Source of the DNA: an uncultured Verrucomicrobiota bacterium | Lineage (GTDB): Bacteria > Verrucomicrobiota > Kiritimatiellia > Kiritimatiellales > Pontiellaceae | DNA length: 64,000 nt | Direction of reading: 5' to 3' | Assembly: GCA_964483355.1 (NCBI GenBank) | Contig: CAZABK010000003.1 | Location: 14,584 to 78,583, forward strand | Shown: positions 9,545 through 19,408 of the stretch, piece after piece | Position numbering within the stretch: the first letter of the stretch is position 1 | How the letters are laid out: every line of letters begins with the position of its first letter | Notes under the pieces: model-generated | Told to the model about the DNA's origin: nothing | Database searches by the model: none | Seen by the model: the letters and a program-made list of their open reading frames with translations, nothing else | Program-made: the position numbers and the translations under genes

Positions 9545-10168
9545 ATGAATCTCGAAGCTGTAATCACCGGTGACTTTCAGGAAATCTGCTACATTGTCTG
9601 GAATAAAACGAAACAAGCCATCGTGTTCGATCCCGGCCACGACGCGCCGCTGATTGAACAGACCCTGATCAAACACGGACTGACCGTCGCCGCCTATGTC
9701 TGCACGCACGGACACGCCGACCACATCAATGCCCTGGCAGAGCTGCACGACAAATATCCCGCGCCGATTGCCATGCATTCGAAAGATTGGGATTGGGCCT
9801 TCGGCGACCAGAACCAGATTGAACCGCACTATCCCGTTCCGACGCAACCCGACGTTGAAGACCTCCACGCCCTGGAAACCGCGAAAGAGTGGAACTTTTC
9901 CGGCCTGCATTTCGAATGCCTTGAAACACCGGGCCACACCCCCGGCTCCTGCTGCCTGCTTTTCTCCGAGGATAAGATCCTGATTTCCGGCGACACCCTC
10001 TTTAAAGGCTCCTGCGGCCGCACCGATCTGCCGGGCGGCAGTCCGCGCCAAATGAAGGATTCGCTGAAGACGCTCAAGCAGCTGCCGGATGATGTGAACG
10101 TCTACCCCGGCCACGGGCCCGGCACCACCATCGGCATCGAACGCGCCACCAACTTTTTCATGCAGTAG
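9545..10168 (+). CDS. MBL-fold metallo-hydrolase (glyoxalase II-like)
   Basis: THGHADH, TPGHTPGS, SGDTLF.GSCGRTDLPGG and PGHG motifs. Confidence 0.92.
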   Translation: MNLEAVITGDFQEICYIVWNKTKQAIVFDPGHDAPLIEQTLIKHGLTVAAYVCTHGHADHINALAELHDKYPAPIAMHSKDWDWAFGDQNQIEPHYPVPTQPDVEDLHALETAKEWNFSGLHFECLETPGHTPGSCCLLFSEDKILISGDTLFKGSCGRTDLPGGSPRQMKDSLKTLKQLPDDVNVYPGHGPGTTIGIERATNFFMQ

Positions 10169-10187
10169 AACCTCTCGCGGTTTATTC

Positions 10188-10256
10188 CTCGCAGAGGCAC
10201 AGAGCACGCAAAGATATTAATTCCTCACGCCTTTCTCAGCGAACTCTGCGTCTGCA
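10188..10256. repeat. CGCAGAG/CACAGAG-type inverted repeat
   Basis: cgcagaggcacagagcacgcaaag...ctcagcgaactctgcg between convergent genes. Confidence 0.55.
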
Positions 10257-10264
10257 AACCCCAG

Positions 10265-11419
10265 TTATCGCGGCAGCTTGATGTCGCGGCGGATGTAGGT
10301 TGGAACATCGAGATCCTGATTATTGAGAATGGTTGGATCAAGGTTCGCGAAGCGCCCTTTTCCAGTCATTTCCAGCGGCAACTCACCCTGCCGCGCACTT
10401 CCGCCAAACAGGCTGGTCTGCCGTCCGGAGGCATCGACCAGTGCTTCGCGCCACTGCTCGGCCGCCAACAGGAATGCCGACATTCTGCCCTCAAAATCCG
10501 GATCAATGACCACGCCATAGTTCAGCCAAGCATCGGCCGGCAATTGCTCCTGAAGCCGCGCCATAACCACATTGATTTCGCTCAACCGCAGATCGGCTCC
10601 GCCGGTTATGCCAACCACCGCGCCGGCAGCACTGGCCACTAGCTTGCCTTTGTTGAGCAGGCGATGCTGCACCAGCTCATCAGCCACAGCGGCGGCGCGT
10701 GCTTCGCCGGAGGCTTCGGCATGGGCAAAGTGGCAGAACCCGTCGCAGTTTCGCAGCATGGTGTGAATACAGGAAAAATCGAGCCCGCAAATCCCGCTCT
10801 GCGAGAGCATGCGTAGGAGCGAAAAAATGCCATCGCTCATCACCTCATGGCTGCGGGCAAATGCCTGCTCGGCCGGGAGGTCGGTATCGGCCCGGTCAAC
10901 CAGCCGCTCGTTCGGAATGCGCACGATGGCATCCGCATGGGTCCGAATGCGCTTGAGCGACTCCTCGGCAATATTGGAAATCTTGCGCCCCTCAAACTTG
11001 AACGGTGTCGAGGCCAGACACATCACCAGCGCACCGGCTTCGTATGCGAGACGGGTAATCACCGGCACGGCGCCCGAGCCGGTTCCGCCGCCCAGCCCGG
11101 TGACGAGTACCAGCAGGTCCACCCCTTTCAGCTGATTGCGGATGCCGGTGGAATATTTTTCAACCGCCTGCCGGCCCAGCTCCACATCACCGCCGGCACT
11201 GAACCCGTTGGTTACCGTGGCACCGACATGAATGGTCTGCTCTACAGAAGAAGCTTCAAGCACGGTCATATCGGTGTCCACCACCGCCACGGAAAGCGAC
11301 GGATCAACTCGGTGCATCGCCTCGACAGCCTGCACGCCGCTGCCGCCGACACCCATGACCAACATGCGCGGAACCCGTCTTGCGCGGGATTCAACTGAGA
11401 CCGCATCACTCATGCGCAC
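10265..11419 (-). CDS. ftsZ: Cell division protein FtsZ, divergent
   Basis: GGGTGSG tubulin signature, PF.FEG, IPN, C-terminal DLDVPTYIRR peptide; downstream of ftsA. Confidence 0.9.
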   Translation of the reverse strand: MRMSDAVSVESRARRVPRMLVMGVGGSGVQAVEAMHRVDPSLSVAVVDTDMTVLEASSVEQTIHVGATVTNGFSAGGDVELGRQAVEKYSTGIRNQLKGVDLLVLVTGLGGGTGSGAVPVITRLAYEAGALVMCLASTPFKFEGRKISNIAEESLKRIRTHADAIVRIPNERLVDRADTDLPAEQAFARSHEVMSDGIFSLLRMLSQSGICGLDFSCIHTMLRNCDGFCHFAHAEASGEARAAAVADELVQHRLLNKGKLVASAAGAVVGITGGADLRLSEINVVMARLQEQLPADAWLNYGVVIDPDFEGRMSAFLLAAEQWREALVDASGRQTSLFGGSARQGELPLEMTGKGRFANLDPTILNNQDLDVPTYIRRDIKLPR

Positions 11420-12629
11420 CTCCCCAGAACCACTGAACCAGCTTCCGGCTCAAACTCGGCTTTTCTTCGACCTTGCGCAGCGAGGCGGCATAACGGATGC
11501 ACCCAATATGGCTGGCATAGAGCGGCCCCTCATTGACAGACGGAAGGCCCTGCACATCAACCGGGCGGCCATGGTTGCAGGGAACATTAAAGACCTTTTG
11601 CCCCAGATCGCGCGCCCCATTCAGGAAGGCGCCGCCGCCGGTCAGAAACACGCCGGCGCTGAGCGGAACATTCGGGCAATGCCGGTCGATGTGTTCCTTA
11701 ACCAGCGCAAAGATTTCATCCATCCGCGCATTGACGATGGTGTTGAGCGTGACTGCGCGCACCATCTGCCCGCCGAATCCCTGCGACGCGGGCAGGGAAA
11801 TATTGTGATCGCGCTCCATCAGGTTGGTCAGCGCGCTGCCGTCCTTGACCTTCACGGCCTCGGCCTGAGCGGTTGGAATCTGCAGCCCGACGGCAAGGTC
11901 GTTGGTGATATGATCGCCCCCCACAGGGAAGGAGCCCGCCGCATGGATAAAACCATCCTTGTAGAGCACAAAATCCGTGGTTCCGCCGCCGACATCAATC
12001 ACCAGCACACCGGCCTGCTTCTGCTCTTCATTCACCACCGCCATCCCGGCGCAGAGCCCGGAAAACACGGCATCGGAACATTCGATCGGAACATCGTCGA
12101 CCAGCTTGCGGAAATTATCGACCGTGCTGCGCTTGCCGTGAATGGTGAGCATATCGACGCGCAGCTCCTCGCCGGTCATCCCTTCGGGGCTGGTTACATT
12201 GAGCGTATCGTCGATCTGAAAATATTGCTGCAAGGTGTGCAGCTTGATGCGGTTGTCTGGCAGGGCCACCTTGCGGGCAATCTCAACAACCTCCTCAACA
12301 TCTTCGGCGACCACTTCCATCAGCTGATTATCTTCAGAGTCGACCAGTTTATGGATACCGGTACTGGTTTTACCCACGGCCTGTCCGCCGGAGGTGATGA
12401 GCATGACGGAATGAATGCTCTTGCGCAGATTTTCTTCGGCCGACTTGAGGGCGGCGCGCACGCTGGAAATGGCGTGGTCCCGGTTGGTGATCTCGCCCTT
12501 GCGAATGCCGCGCGATTCCGCCTCGCCGATTCCGGTGACGGTCACGATGCCGTCATCGCGCAGCTCCCCCACCAAAACACGAACGGTGGAGGTTCCGATT
12601 TCCAGGACTGCAGTGGTTTCCATCGCCAT
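11406..12629 (-). CDS. ftsA: Cell division protein FtsA
   Basis: LEIGTS, SRGIRKG.I, DVGGGTTD, GGDHITNDLA and LTGGGA motifs. Confidence 0.93.
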   Translation of the reverse strand: MAMETTAVLEIGTSTVRVLVGELRDDGIVTVTGIGEAESRGIRKGEITNRDHAISSVRAALKSAEENLRKSIHSVMLITSGGQAVGKTSTGIHKLVDSEDNQLMEVVAEDVEEVVEIARKVALPDNRIKLHTLQQYFQIDDTLNVTSPEGMTGEELRVDMLTIHGKRSTVDNFRKLVDDVPIECSDAVFSGLCAGMAVVNEEQKQAGVLVIDVGGGTTDFVLYKDGFIHAAGSFPVGGDHITNDLAVGLQIPTAQAEAVKVKDGSALTNLMERDHNISLPASQGFGGQMVRAVTLNTIVNARMDEIFALVKEHIDRHCPNVPLSAGVFLTGGGAFLNGARDLGQKVFNVPCNHGRPVDVQGLPSVNEGPLYASHIGCIRYAASLRKVEEKPSLSRKLVQWFWGGAHE

Positions 12630-12639
12630 TTCCCCGAAA

Positions 12640-13479
12640 TCAATAGTAGGTCACCGGCACCTTGGCCGAATCCAGCGTGAGATCGACTTCCTTGACGCGC
12701 AGCCCGCGCCCGGTTTCAATTTTTATGACCGAGGCCAGTTTCTGCAGTTTGGGCTTCAGCGAAAAACGCGGCATGCGCACCCGGATGCCGCCCTGCAGGC
12801 GCATATCAATATAGTCGGAATATTTGATATCCAGGCTCTCAATCCGGATAAAGTTGCGCAGATAGCCGCTGCTTTCGCACAGCCCGATGATCTTGAGCGC
12901 GGTTTCCACATCCGCCACAGCAATGCGGTTGCTGCGCAACAGCTCGTCTTCAAGCCCCTTAATCACCGGAAGGCGCGCGTCACTCCGTCGGGTCGGGAGA
13001 ACATATCCATAGCGATCAACCAGAAACGGAAAGCGGGGCACTCTCTTGCCGGCAACACGCGCCATGGGAATCCGTTCCTTGAGCCGAATGATGAGCGTGT
13101 GCGGAAGCTTGCGCTCCAGATAAACCGACTCCGCTCTTTTCTCTTTGATCAGCAGCGCCTGCTCAATCTCGTCAAAGTCGACCTCAAAAAGGTTCATTCC
13201 TTCACACAGACCGGTGTGCTCGCGAATACGGTCTTCCGTCAGATGACCATCACTTGAGATCACCAGATGCTGGATTTCAAACCGCGGGTTTTTCGAAAAC
13301 AGTTTTTCATGAATCCAACCGAAGCCCGCCCGGATTCCAACCAGAGCGCCGACGACAATCAGCATCACCAGAATGACCGCCAGCGAGCGTTTCGGAAACG
13401 AAGAGTCCGCGCCTTTGCGCTTTTTGGCCCGCACATATTGCGGCTTTTTTCGTGCTGTAATCTTTTTGCGAGCGGCCAT
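12640..13479 (-). CDS. ftsQ: Cell division protein FtsQ/DivIB
   Basis: Basic N-terminus, single TM, POTRA domain (V.LERKLPHTLIIRLKERIP); lies between ddl and ftsA. Confidence 0.85.
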   Translation of the reverse strand: MAARKKITARKKPQYVRAKKRKGADSSFPKRSLAVILVMLIVVGALVGIRAGFGWIHEKLFSKNPRFEIQHLVISSDGHLTEDRIREHTGLCEGMNLFEVDFDEIEQALLIKEKRAESVYLERKLPHTLIIRLKERIPMARVAGKRVPRFPFLVDRYGYVLPTRRSDARLPVIKGLEDELLRSNRIAVADVETALKIIGLCESSGYLRNFIRIESLDIKYSDYIDMRLQGGIRVRMPRFSLKPKLQKLASVIKIETGRGLRVKEVDLTLDSAKVPVTYY

Positions 13480-13507
13480 CCCCTACACCTCTGAATGAAT
13501 TGGCCGA

Positions 13508-14398
13508 CTATAGATGAGCCAGTTCCATGATTCGACAACAAAGCTCGGAAAATCCGATTCCGGCAGCCTGTGCGGCCTTGGGCAACAGGCTGGTGGCGGT
13601 AAAGCCGGGAATGGAGTTGAGTTCGAGCACATAGGGCTCTCCGTCGGGCGAGAGCCGGAAATCGACACGCCCGAAACCGTCGGCCTCCAGGCACCGGAAG
13701 GTCTGCAGGGCAATTGCCTGCAGGCGAGCCGCGGTTTCAGCATCGAGCTCTGCCGGAACAATATATTCGGTGTCGCTGGTGACATATTTGGAGTGATAGT
13801 CATACCACCCTGCGGCCGGCTTGATTTCCACCACCGGAAGCACCTGCCCGTCGACGACCCCAACGGTCAGTTCGCGACCGGGAATATATTCCTCCACGAG
13901 CACCTCAACGGAATGCTGAGCGGCACTGCGAAAGGCGGACTCCCACCCAGACTCCTCAAAAACCAGCTGACAACCAACGCTCGACCCCTCGCGCGGCGGC
14001 TTTGCAACCAACGGAACGGACAGACTCCGCTCAGCAGATGACCTGAGCACTTCGCCGCGAGGAACCGGAATTCCATTTTCCGACAGACTGTCGCGCGTCA
14101 AAATTTTGTCAAAGGCCACGCGGCTGGCCTCGGCGCCGGAGCCGGTAAAGGGCATTCCCTTTTCCGCCAGCAACCGCTGAATCCCGCCGTCCTCGCCAAA
14201 GCGGCCATGCAGGGCAACGAACACCGCCTCCACCCCCTCGGGAATGGACAGCTCCTCGGAAACCACATCAATTTCCACAACGTCATATCCCCCATCGCGC
14301 AGCCCCTGCGCAATGGCGGAACCGGATTTGAGCGAAACATCACGCTCCGACGAAATACCGCCCTTCAGCACCCCAACCTTGTTAAACCTTCTGCCCAT
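13508..14398 (-). CDS. ddl: D-alanine--D-alanine ligase
   Basis: GGISSERDVSLKSG, LHGRFGEDG, KPPREGSS and LELNSIPGFT motifs; ATG at 14398 with GGAGG RBS. Confidence 0.95.
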   Translation of the reverse strand: MGRRFNKVGVLKGGISSERDVSLKSGSAIAQGLRDGGYDVVEIDVVSEELSIPEGVEAVFVALHGRFGEDGGIQRLLAEKGMPFTGSGAEASRVAFDKILTRDSLSENGIPVPRGEVLRSSAERSLSVPLVAKPPREGSSVGCQLVFEESGWESAFRSAAQHSVEVLVEEYIPGRELTVGVVDGQVLPVVEIKPAAGWYDYHSKYVTSDTEYIVPAELDAETAARLQAIALQTFRCLEADGFGRVDFRLSPDGEPYVLELNSIPGFTATSLLPKAAQAAGIGFSELCCRIMELAHL

Positions 14399-14521
14399 TT
14401 TTCCTCCGTTGCACCTTTTGGATGAAAACATTAAACCGCAGAATGTTTTCCGCGAAAAGCCGGAAAAGCGCGGAGCATCGCATCATTGATCCCGCCTTCC
14501 GGGATATGATAAATAACAGCC

Positions 14522-15232
14522 ATGTGGAAGTTTCTCAAAATGCTCATCGGCATCGGATTGCTCCCGATGTGCTGGGCCGCATCCGTGGCGGTGTACAATC
14601 TCTATCAAAACTCGGTCGAATCGGCGGTTGCAAGCGGATGGGAAGCGTGGGCACTACCGGCCGGATTCCTGAGCTGGGTCGCCCTCTTTTTCCTGCTGCC
14701 GCGGCCGGTACGCACCTATGTGCTCGGGCATGAACTGACCCATGCGCTCTGGGCCCTGATGATGGGCGGCCAGATCGGAAAAATCAAGGTGGGCAAGAGC
14801 GGCGGGCATGTCGAACTGTCGAAAACCAACTTTATCATCACGCTCGCCCCCTACTTTTTCCCGTTCTACACCGTTCTTGTAATCGGCGCCTACTATCTGG
14901 CCGGCTTGAGCCTTGAGGTGGAACCCTACCGGCTCTGGTGGCTGGGGCTGGTGGGGCTGACCTGGTCTTTTCACATCACCTTCACGCTCCACATGCTGGC
15001 GCAGCAGCAGCCGGATGTGCACGAGCACGGCCGGATCTTTTCGTATACCGTGATCTACATCATGAACGTGCTGGTGATCGGCCTCTGGATGGTACTGGTC
15101 GGCAGCCCGGAACTTGTCCGCTTCGGCGAGCGGATCGGAAAAGAGGCCGCATCGGCCTATGCGGCGACCGGGCAAAAAATCGACCTGGCCTGGGCGTGGG
15201 CCGCCGAATTCATTAAAGCGCCAACCCTGTAA
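14522..15232 (+). CDS. Membrane zinc-metallopeptidase-like protein (M50-like)
   Basis: Several TM segments; GHELTH (HExxH) and LAPYFFP motifs. Confidence 0.65.
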   Translation: MWKFLKMLIGIGLLPMCWAASVAVYNLYQNSVESAVASGWEAWALPAGFLSWVALFFLLPRPVRTYVLGHELTHALWALMMGGQIGKIKVGKSGGHVELSKTNFIITLAPYFFPFYTVLVIGAYYLAGLSLEVEPYRLWWLGLVGLTWSFHITFTLHMLAQQQPDVHEHGRIFSYTVIYIMNVLVIGLWMVLVGSPELVRFGERIGKEAASAYAATGQKIDLAWAWAAEFIKAPTL

Positions 15233-17008
15233 CTATTCCGAAAGCTCCAGCAGCTCAGGCGCAATCTCTTCGAGCATCTTGTGGCAGAGTTCTTCCACAT
15301 GCTCGGCCGATGGCGAAACCAGCGATTGCTGGGCCAGATCAACGGCGCCGGAATAGTACAGCTTGCGGATCACATCTTTGATCAGCGGCGCCTGCGACGG
15401 ACTCACGCTCAACTCGTCAACGCCCAGCCCGACCAACAGCGGAACCAGCTTGGGATCGGCCGCCATCTGACCGCAGACGCAGGTCCACAGTCCATGCTTA
15501 TGACTGACCTTCACCACGTGGTCGATCAAACGGATAATGGCCAGGTGCGTAGGTTTGTAGAGGTGGGACACATTTTCGTTTCCGCGATCCACCGCCATGG
15601 TGTACTGGATCAGATCATTCGTCCCCAAGCTGAAGAAACTGACATGCGGCGCAATAATATCTGCAATCAGCGCCGCCGAGGGCACTTCGATCATCGTGCC
15701 GATCTGAATATCCTTGTTGTACGCGATCCCTTCCTCACCCAGCTCCTTCATGCACTTGCGCAGCATGGCATTGGCCTCGACCACCTCCTGCACACAGGAA
15801 ATCATCGGATACATCATCCGAATATTGTCGTGCACGCTGGCGCGCAGAATGGCGCGCAGCTGGGTCCGGAACAGCTCGGGACGGGAGAGGCAAAGGCGGA
15901 TGGCCCGATCGCCAAGAAACGGATTAAGCTCATCCGGCGTATCAAACCGGGCCGGCAGTTTATCCGCCCCGAGATCCAGGGTGCGAATCACCACGGGGGC
16001 CGGATGCTGACTCTCGGCGGCCTGCACATAGGCGGCCGTCTGCGCATCCTCATCCGGCAGCTCCTCCACTCCGAGGAACAAAAATTCGGTTCGGAAAAGT
16101 CCAATCCCCTTGGCACCGCGCGCACCGACCACTTCCAACTCATCGATCAGCTCGATGTTGGCGGTGATCGGCACCAGATAGCCGTCCAGCGTTTCCGGCG
16201 ACTTGTCGCGCAACGTGGCAAGCTCCTGCCGGATCTGCTCCTGCTCCGCCGCCTTTTTGCGGTATTCCTCGAGCCGCTCTTCCGTCGGATTAACGAACAC
16301 GAGGCCTTTGGCGCCGTCAATCAGCATGGTGTCGCCAGAGGCGGCGACCGCTGTAATGTTATGCAGGGCAACGACTGCCGGCACTTCAAGCGCCTTGGCC
16401 ATGATGGCGGTGTGCGAGGTGGCGCTTCCCAGATCCGTGACAAAAGCCTGAACCAGCGAGCGATCGATACTGGCCGTATCCGACGGCGATAAATCGTGCG
16501 CAACAACGATGCACTGCTCGCTAAGTTGGGCCATGCGGTCAATCGCCTCGCCGGCGAGGTTGGCCAGAATGCGTTTGGTGACATCGCGAATATCGGCGGC
16601 GCGTTCGGAAAGATAGGAATCCTCCATCTTCGCAAACATGTCGGCATAGCGATTGGCGACCGACTGCAGCACCGGCTCAACGTTGATCAGTTCAGTTTTG
16701 ACGGATCGGATGACATCTTCGATAAAGGTGCGGTCATCAACCACCAGCATGTGAGCATCGAAGATGCTGGCGTGTTCGTCGCCCAGTACTTTGGCCACCT
16801 GCTTTTGGATGTTGCGGATCTGCTCGTGGGTGGCGATAAGCGCCTCTTCAAAACGCACAATTTCGCAGGGAACCTCATCCGCCGAAATCGAGCGCTGGAC
16901 GGCCTTTTCGGTGTGCGGCGTAATCAGCTGAGCCTTGCAAACAACGATTCCCGGAGAAACTCCGATGCCCTTCAGGGTAACCTCGCCTTTTGCACTCTTT
17001 CCGACCAC
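15233..17008 (-). CDS. ptsI: PTS enzyme I
   Basis: GSATSHTAI phospho-His motif; GIGLFRTEF, IRTLDLGADK, GTNDLIQY and CVCGQMA. Confidence 0.96.
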   Translation of the reverse strand: MVGKSAKGEVTLKGIGVSPGIVVCKAQLITPHTEKAVQRSISADEVPCEIVRFEEALIATHEQIRNIQKQVAKVLGDEHASIFDAHMLVVDDRTFIEDVIRSVKTELINVEPVLQSVANRYADMFAKMEDSYLSERAADIRDVTKRILANLAGEAIDRMAQLSEQCIVVAHDLSPSDTASIDRSLVQAFVTDLGSATSHTAIMAKALEVPAVVALHNITAVAASGDTMLIDGAKGLVFVNPTEERLEEYRKKAAEQEQIRQELATLRDKSPETLDGYLVPITANIELIDELEVVGARGAKGIGLFRTEFLFLGVEELPDEDAQTAAYVQAAESQHPAPVVIRTLDLGADKLPARFDTPDELNPFLGDRAIRLCLSRPELFRTQLRAILRASVHDNIRMMYPMISCVQEVVEANAMLRKCMKELGEEGIAYNKDIQIGTMIEVPSAALIADIIAPHVSFFSLGTNDLIQYTMAVDRGNENVSHLYKPTHLAIIRLIDHVVKVSHKHGLWTCVCGQMAADPKLVPLLVGLGVDELSVSPSQAPLIKDVIRKLYYSGAVDLAQQSLVSPSAEHVEELCHKMLEEIAPELLELSE

Positions 17009-17013
17009 CGGGC

Positions 17014-17292
17014 CTAATCCTCAAAAAATTTGTTAACGAACAGCTCTTCGATCTCGGCCATCGCCGCTTCAGCATCCTCTCCCGACGTCGTCACCTGCAT
17101 GGTGCTGCCGGGATAGCCCTCGATCGTCATCAGGCCGATAATGCTCTTGCACGAAACCTTGTTACCATCTTTTTCAATGAAAATGTCGCAGGCATATTTC
17201 CCGGCCGCCTTCACCAGCAAGGCCGCCGGGCGGGCGTGAATGCCATATTCATTCAGCACCTTAAACTTTTTCACGATCTCCACCTCAGCCAT
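17014..17292 (-). CDS. ptsH: Phosphocarrier protein HPr
   Basis: GIHARPA (His15) and KSIIGLM (Ser46); ATG at 17292 overlaps the hprK end. Confidence 0.93.
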   Translation of the reverse strand: MAEVEIVKKFKVLNEYGIHARPAALLVKAAGKYACDIFIEKDGNKVSCKSIIGLMTIEGYPGSTMQVTTSGEDAEAAMAEIEELFVNKFFED

Positions 17293-18223
17293 GGCGCACC
17301 CGCCCTCTCGTGAGTCGGCCGATAATCTTATCGTCAAGCTCCTTGGCCGCATCGTGGCCGAGCTCCTTCAGCTTCTGGTTGAGCGCGGCCACTTCGACAA
17401 TGTTCGCCATATCGCGCCCCGACCGAACCGGCAACGTGATACAGGGCACTTCAACCCCCATGATCGTCGTTGTTTCGGGCTGAACACCAGTACGATCTTC
17501 ATCGCCGGTGGGGTGCCGCAGTTCAATCACCAGATCGAGTTCGGTCTGCCGGCGAATCGCCGCGACACCGAACAGGCTCGGAACATGAATAATGCCCAAA
17601 CCGCGAATTTCCATGTGGTAGCGCGTCACCTCGCTCGCCCAGCACAGGATTCTGCCTCGGCTGGTTTTGCGGACCTCGGTAACATCATCAGAAACCAGGC
17701 TGTATCCGCGTTCAACCAATGAGAGTGCGGTTTCACTTTTTCCGATTCCGGGATCGCCACGCAGCAGCACGCCGATGCCCATCACCTCCATGGTCGTGCC
17801 CGGAATGCGCTCCTGCGGCGCGGTCAACTCCTCCAGCAAGACGGTACATTCGTTGACGAAATCCATCGTCACCATCGGAGTGCGCATCACCGGCACCTTA
17901 TACTTTTCCGCCAGCTCCAGAATTTCGGGCGTCGCTTTGCGGTTGCGGGTGATGACGATGCCGGGGATCTGCTGTTCAAAAAGTTCAACCAGCCGCTTGG
18001 TCTTTTCCTTGTCGCTCAGGCTTTTGAGATAGGTAAATTCGGCCAGCCCGAAAATCTGCAGGCGCTGATTCGCAAAATACTGAAAGAAACCGGTCAGCGC
18101 CAGCCCCGGACGGTTCATGGCGGTTTCGGGAAGCTTGCGGTCCAGATATTGCTCGCCGGCAATAATGCTCAGCGAAAGCTTGTCTGCACCTTCATCCCAC
18201 AGGGTTTTAACAGTAATGGCCAC
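17285..18223 (-). CDS. hprK: HPr kinase/phosphorylase
   Basis: NRPGLALTG, GDPGIGKSE Walker A, LVSDD, HMEIRGLGII and GRDMANIVEVAA. Confidence 0.96.
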   Translation of the reverse strand: MAITVKTLWDEGADKLSLSIIAGEQYLDRKLPETAMNRPGLALTGFFQYFANQRLQIFGLAEFTYLKSLSDKEKTKRLVELFEQQIPGIVITRNRKATPEILELAEKYKVPVMRTPMVTMDFVNECTVLLEELTAPQERIPGTTMEVMGIGVLLRGDPGIGKSETALSLVERGYSLVSDDVTEVRKTSRGRILCWASEVTRYHMEIRGLGIIHVPSLFGVAAIRRQTELDLVIELRHPTGDEDRTGVQPETTTIMGVEVPCITLPVRSGRDMANIVEVAALNQKLKELGHDAAKELDDKIIGRLTRGRVRHG

Positions 18224-18353
18224 GATCCTTCTCCTTCAAAACAGCTCTAGTTGAGGCTTGGAAATTATGGGTAAAGAATGGCAAAACTCAAGCGGCGTTC
18301 TTCTTTTTCACAGAAAGGCCGGCCCGGCCCGCCATTCTTCACCCCGGCAGGTT

Positions 18354-18650
18354 CTATTTGTGATGATCCTGAATCTTATCGCGCTGCTTGCGCATCTGTC
18401 GTTCTGCATGCTCAATGGAACGGTCGATGGCATCGTACAGGTTCTCCGACTTTTCCGTGGCCGTAACCCGGATATGGTTCGCACCTTGGATAATGACCTC
18501 GGAAATCTGATTAATCTTTTCCGTATCCAGCACAACACGAATGGTTTCTATTCGCGGGAACACGCCCAGACACCGCTCAAGCTTGTCCTCGACATGAGCT
18601 TTAACGTTATCGGTTACAGTGACATTGCGTCCTGTGATGCTGACCTGCAT
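18354..18650 (-). CDS. hpf: Ribosome hibernation promoting factor (short HPF/RaiA)
   Basis: ITGRNVTVT..VK.HVE.KL and NLYDAID...E..ERQMRK patterns; 98 aa. Confidence 0.9.
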   Translation of the reverse strand: MQVSITGRNVTVTDNVKAHVEDKLERCLGVFPRIETIRVVLDTEKINQISEVIIQGANHIRVTATEKSENLYDAIDRSIEHAERQMRKQRDKIQDHHK

Positions 18651-18671
18651 AGGTTGCTCCTTTCGTTTGTG

Positions 18672-19406
18672 TTACATGCTGAACCGCGGCCCCAGATAGA
18701 GCTCGCGACTCACCTCGTCGTTTACCAAAAAATCGCTGTCTCCCTCGCGCAGCACCTGCCCCTCGCAGAGCAGATAGGCGCGGTCAACCACCGCCAGCGT
18801 ATCGCGCACGCTATGGTCGGTAATCAGCACGCCCAGCCCCTTTTCCTTCAGCGTCTTGACAATCTCCTGCACATCGGCCACCGCCAGCGGATCAACCCCG
18901 GCAAACGGCTCGTCCAGCAGGATGATCGACGGATTCGTCACCAGTGCACGGGTAATCTCCAGCCGGCGGCGTTCGCCGCCGCTAAGTGTATAGGCCGGCT
19001 GTTTGGCCAGATGACTGATCTTCAACTCTTCGAGCAGCTGTTCAAGGCGGCGCTTGCGCTCCTTCCCCGAGATCGGCAGCGTCTCCAGAATCGACAGCAC
19101 GTTATCCTGCACCGAAAGCTTGCGGAAGATGGAGGGCTCCTGCGACAGATAGCCCATGCCCATGCGCGCCCGCTTATACATCGGGACGTTGGTCACATCC
19201 TTGCCGTTAAAGAAAACCTTGCCGGCGGTCGGGCGCACCAAGCCGACAATCATGTAGAAACTGGTGGTCTTGCCGGCGCCATTGGGGCCCAGCAGTCCAA
19301 CGATTTCGCCGGCCTTCACATTGACCTCAACCTCGCGCACAACTTTGCGCCCCTTGTATGCTTTTGCCAGTTTTTCCGTTTGGATCAGATAGGGTTCTGT
19401 AGCCAT
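18672..19406 (-). CDS. lptB: LPS export ABC transporter ATP-binding protein
   Basis: GPNGAGKTTSFYMIVGL, YLSQEPSIFRKL, LSGGERRR.EI.RAL, DEPFAGVDP and ITDH. Confidence 0.96.
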   Translation of the reverse strand: MATEPYLIQTEKLAKAYKGRKVVREVEVNVKAGEIVGLLGPNGAGKTTSFYMIVGLVRPTAGKVFFNGKDVTNVPMYKRARMGMGYLSQEPSIFRKLSVQDNVLSILETLPISGKERKRRLEQLLEELKISHLAKQPAYTLSGGERRRLEITRALVTNPSIILLDEPFAGVDPLAVADVQEIVKTLKEKGLGVLITDHSVRDTLAVVDRAYLLCEGQVLREGDSDFLVNDEVSRELYLGPRFSM

Positions 19407-19408
19407 GT

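Noticed and set aside
11406-12629. FtsA LEIGT instead of LDIGT as a degenerate ATP site
   Set aside because: Glu at this position also occurs in E. coli FtsA and the other motifs are intact.
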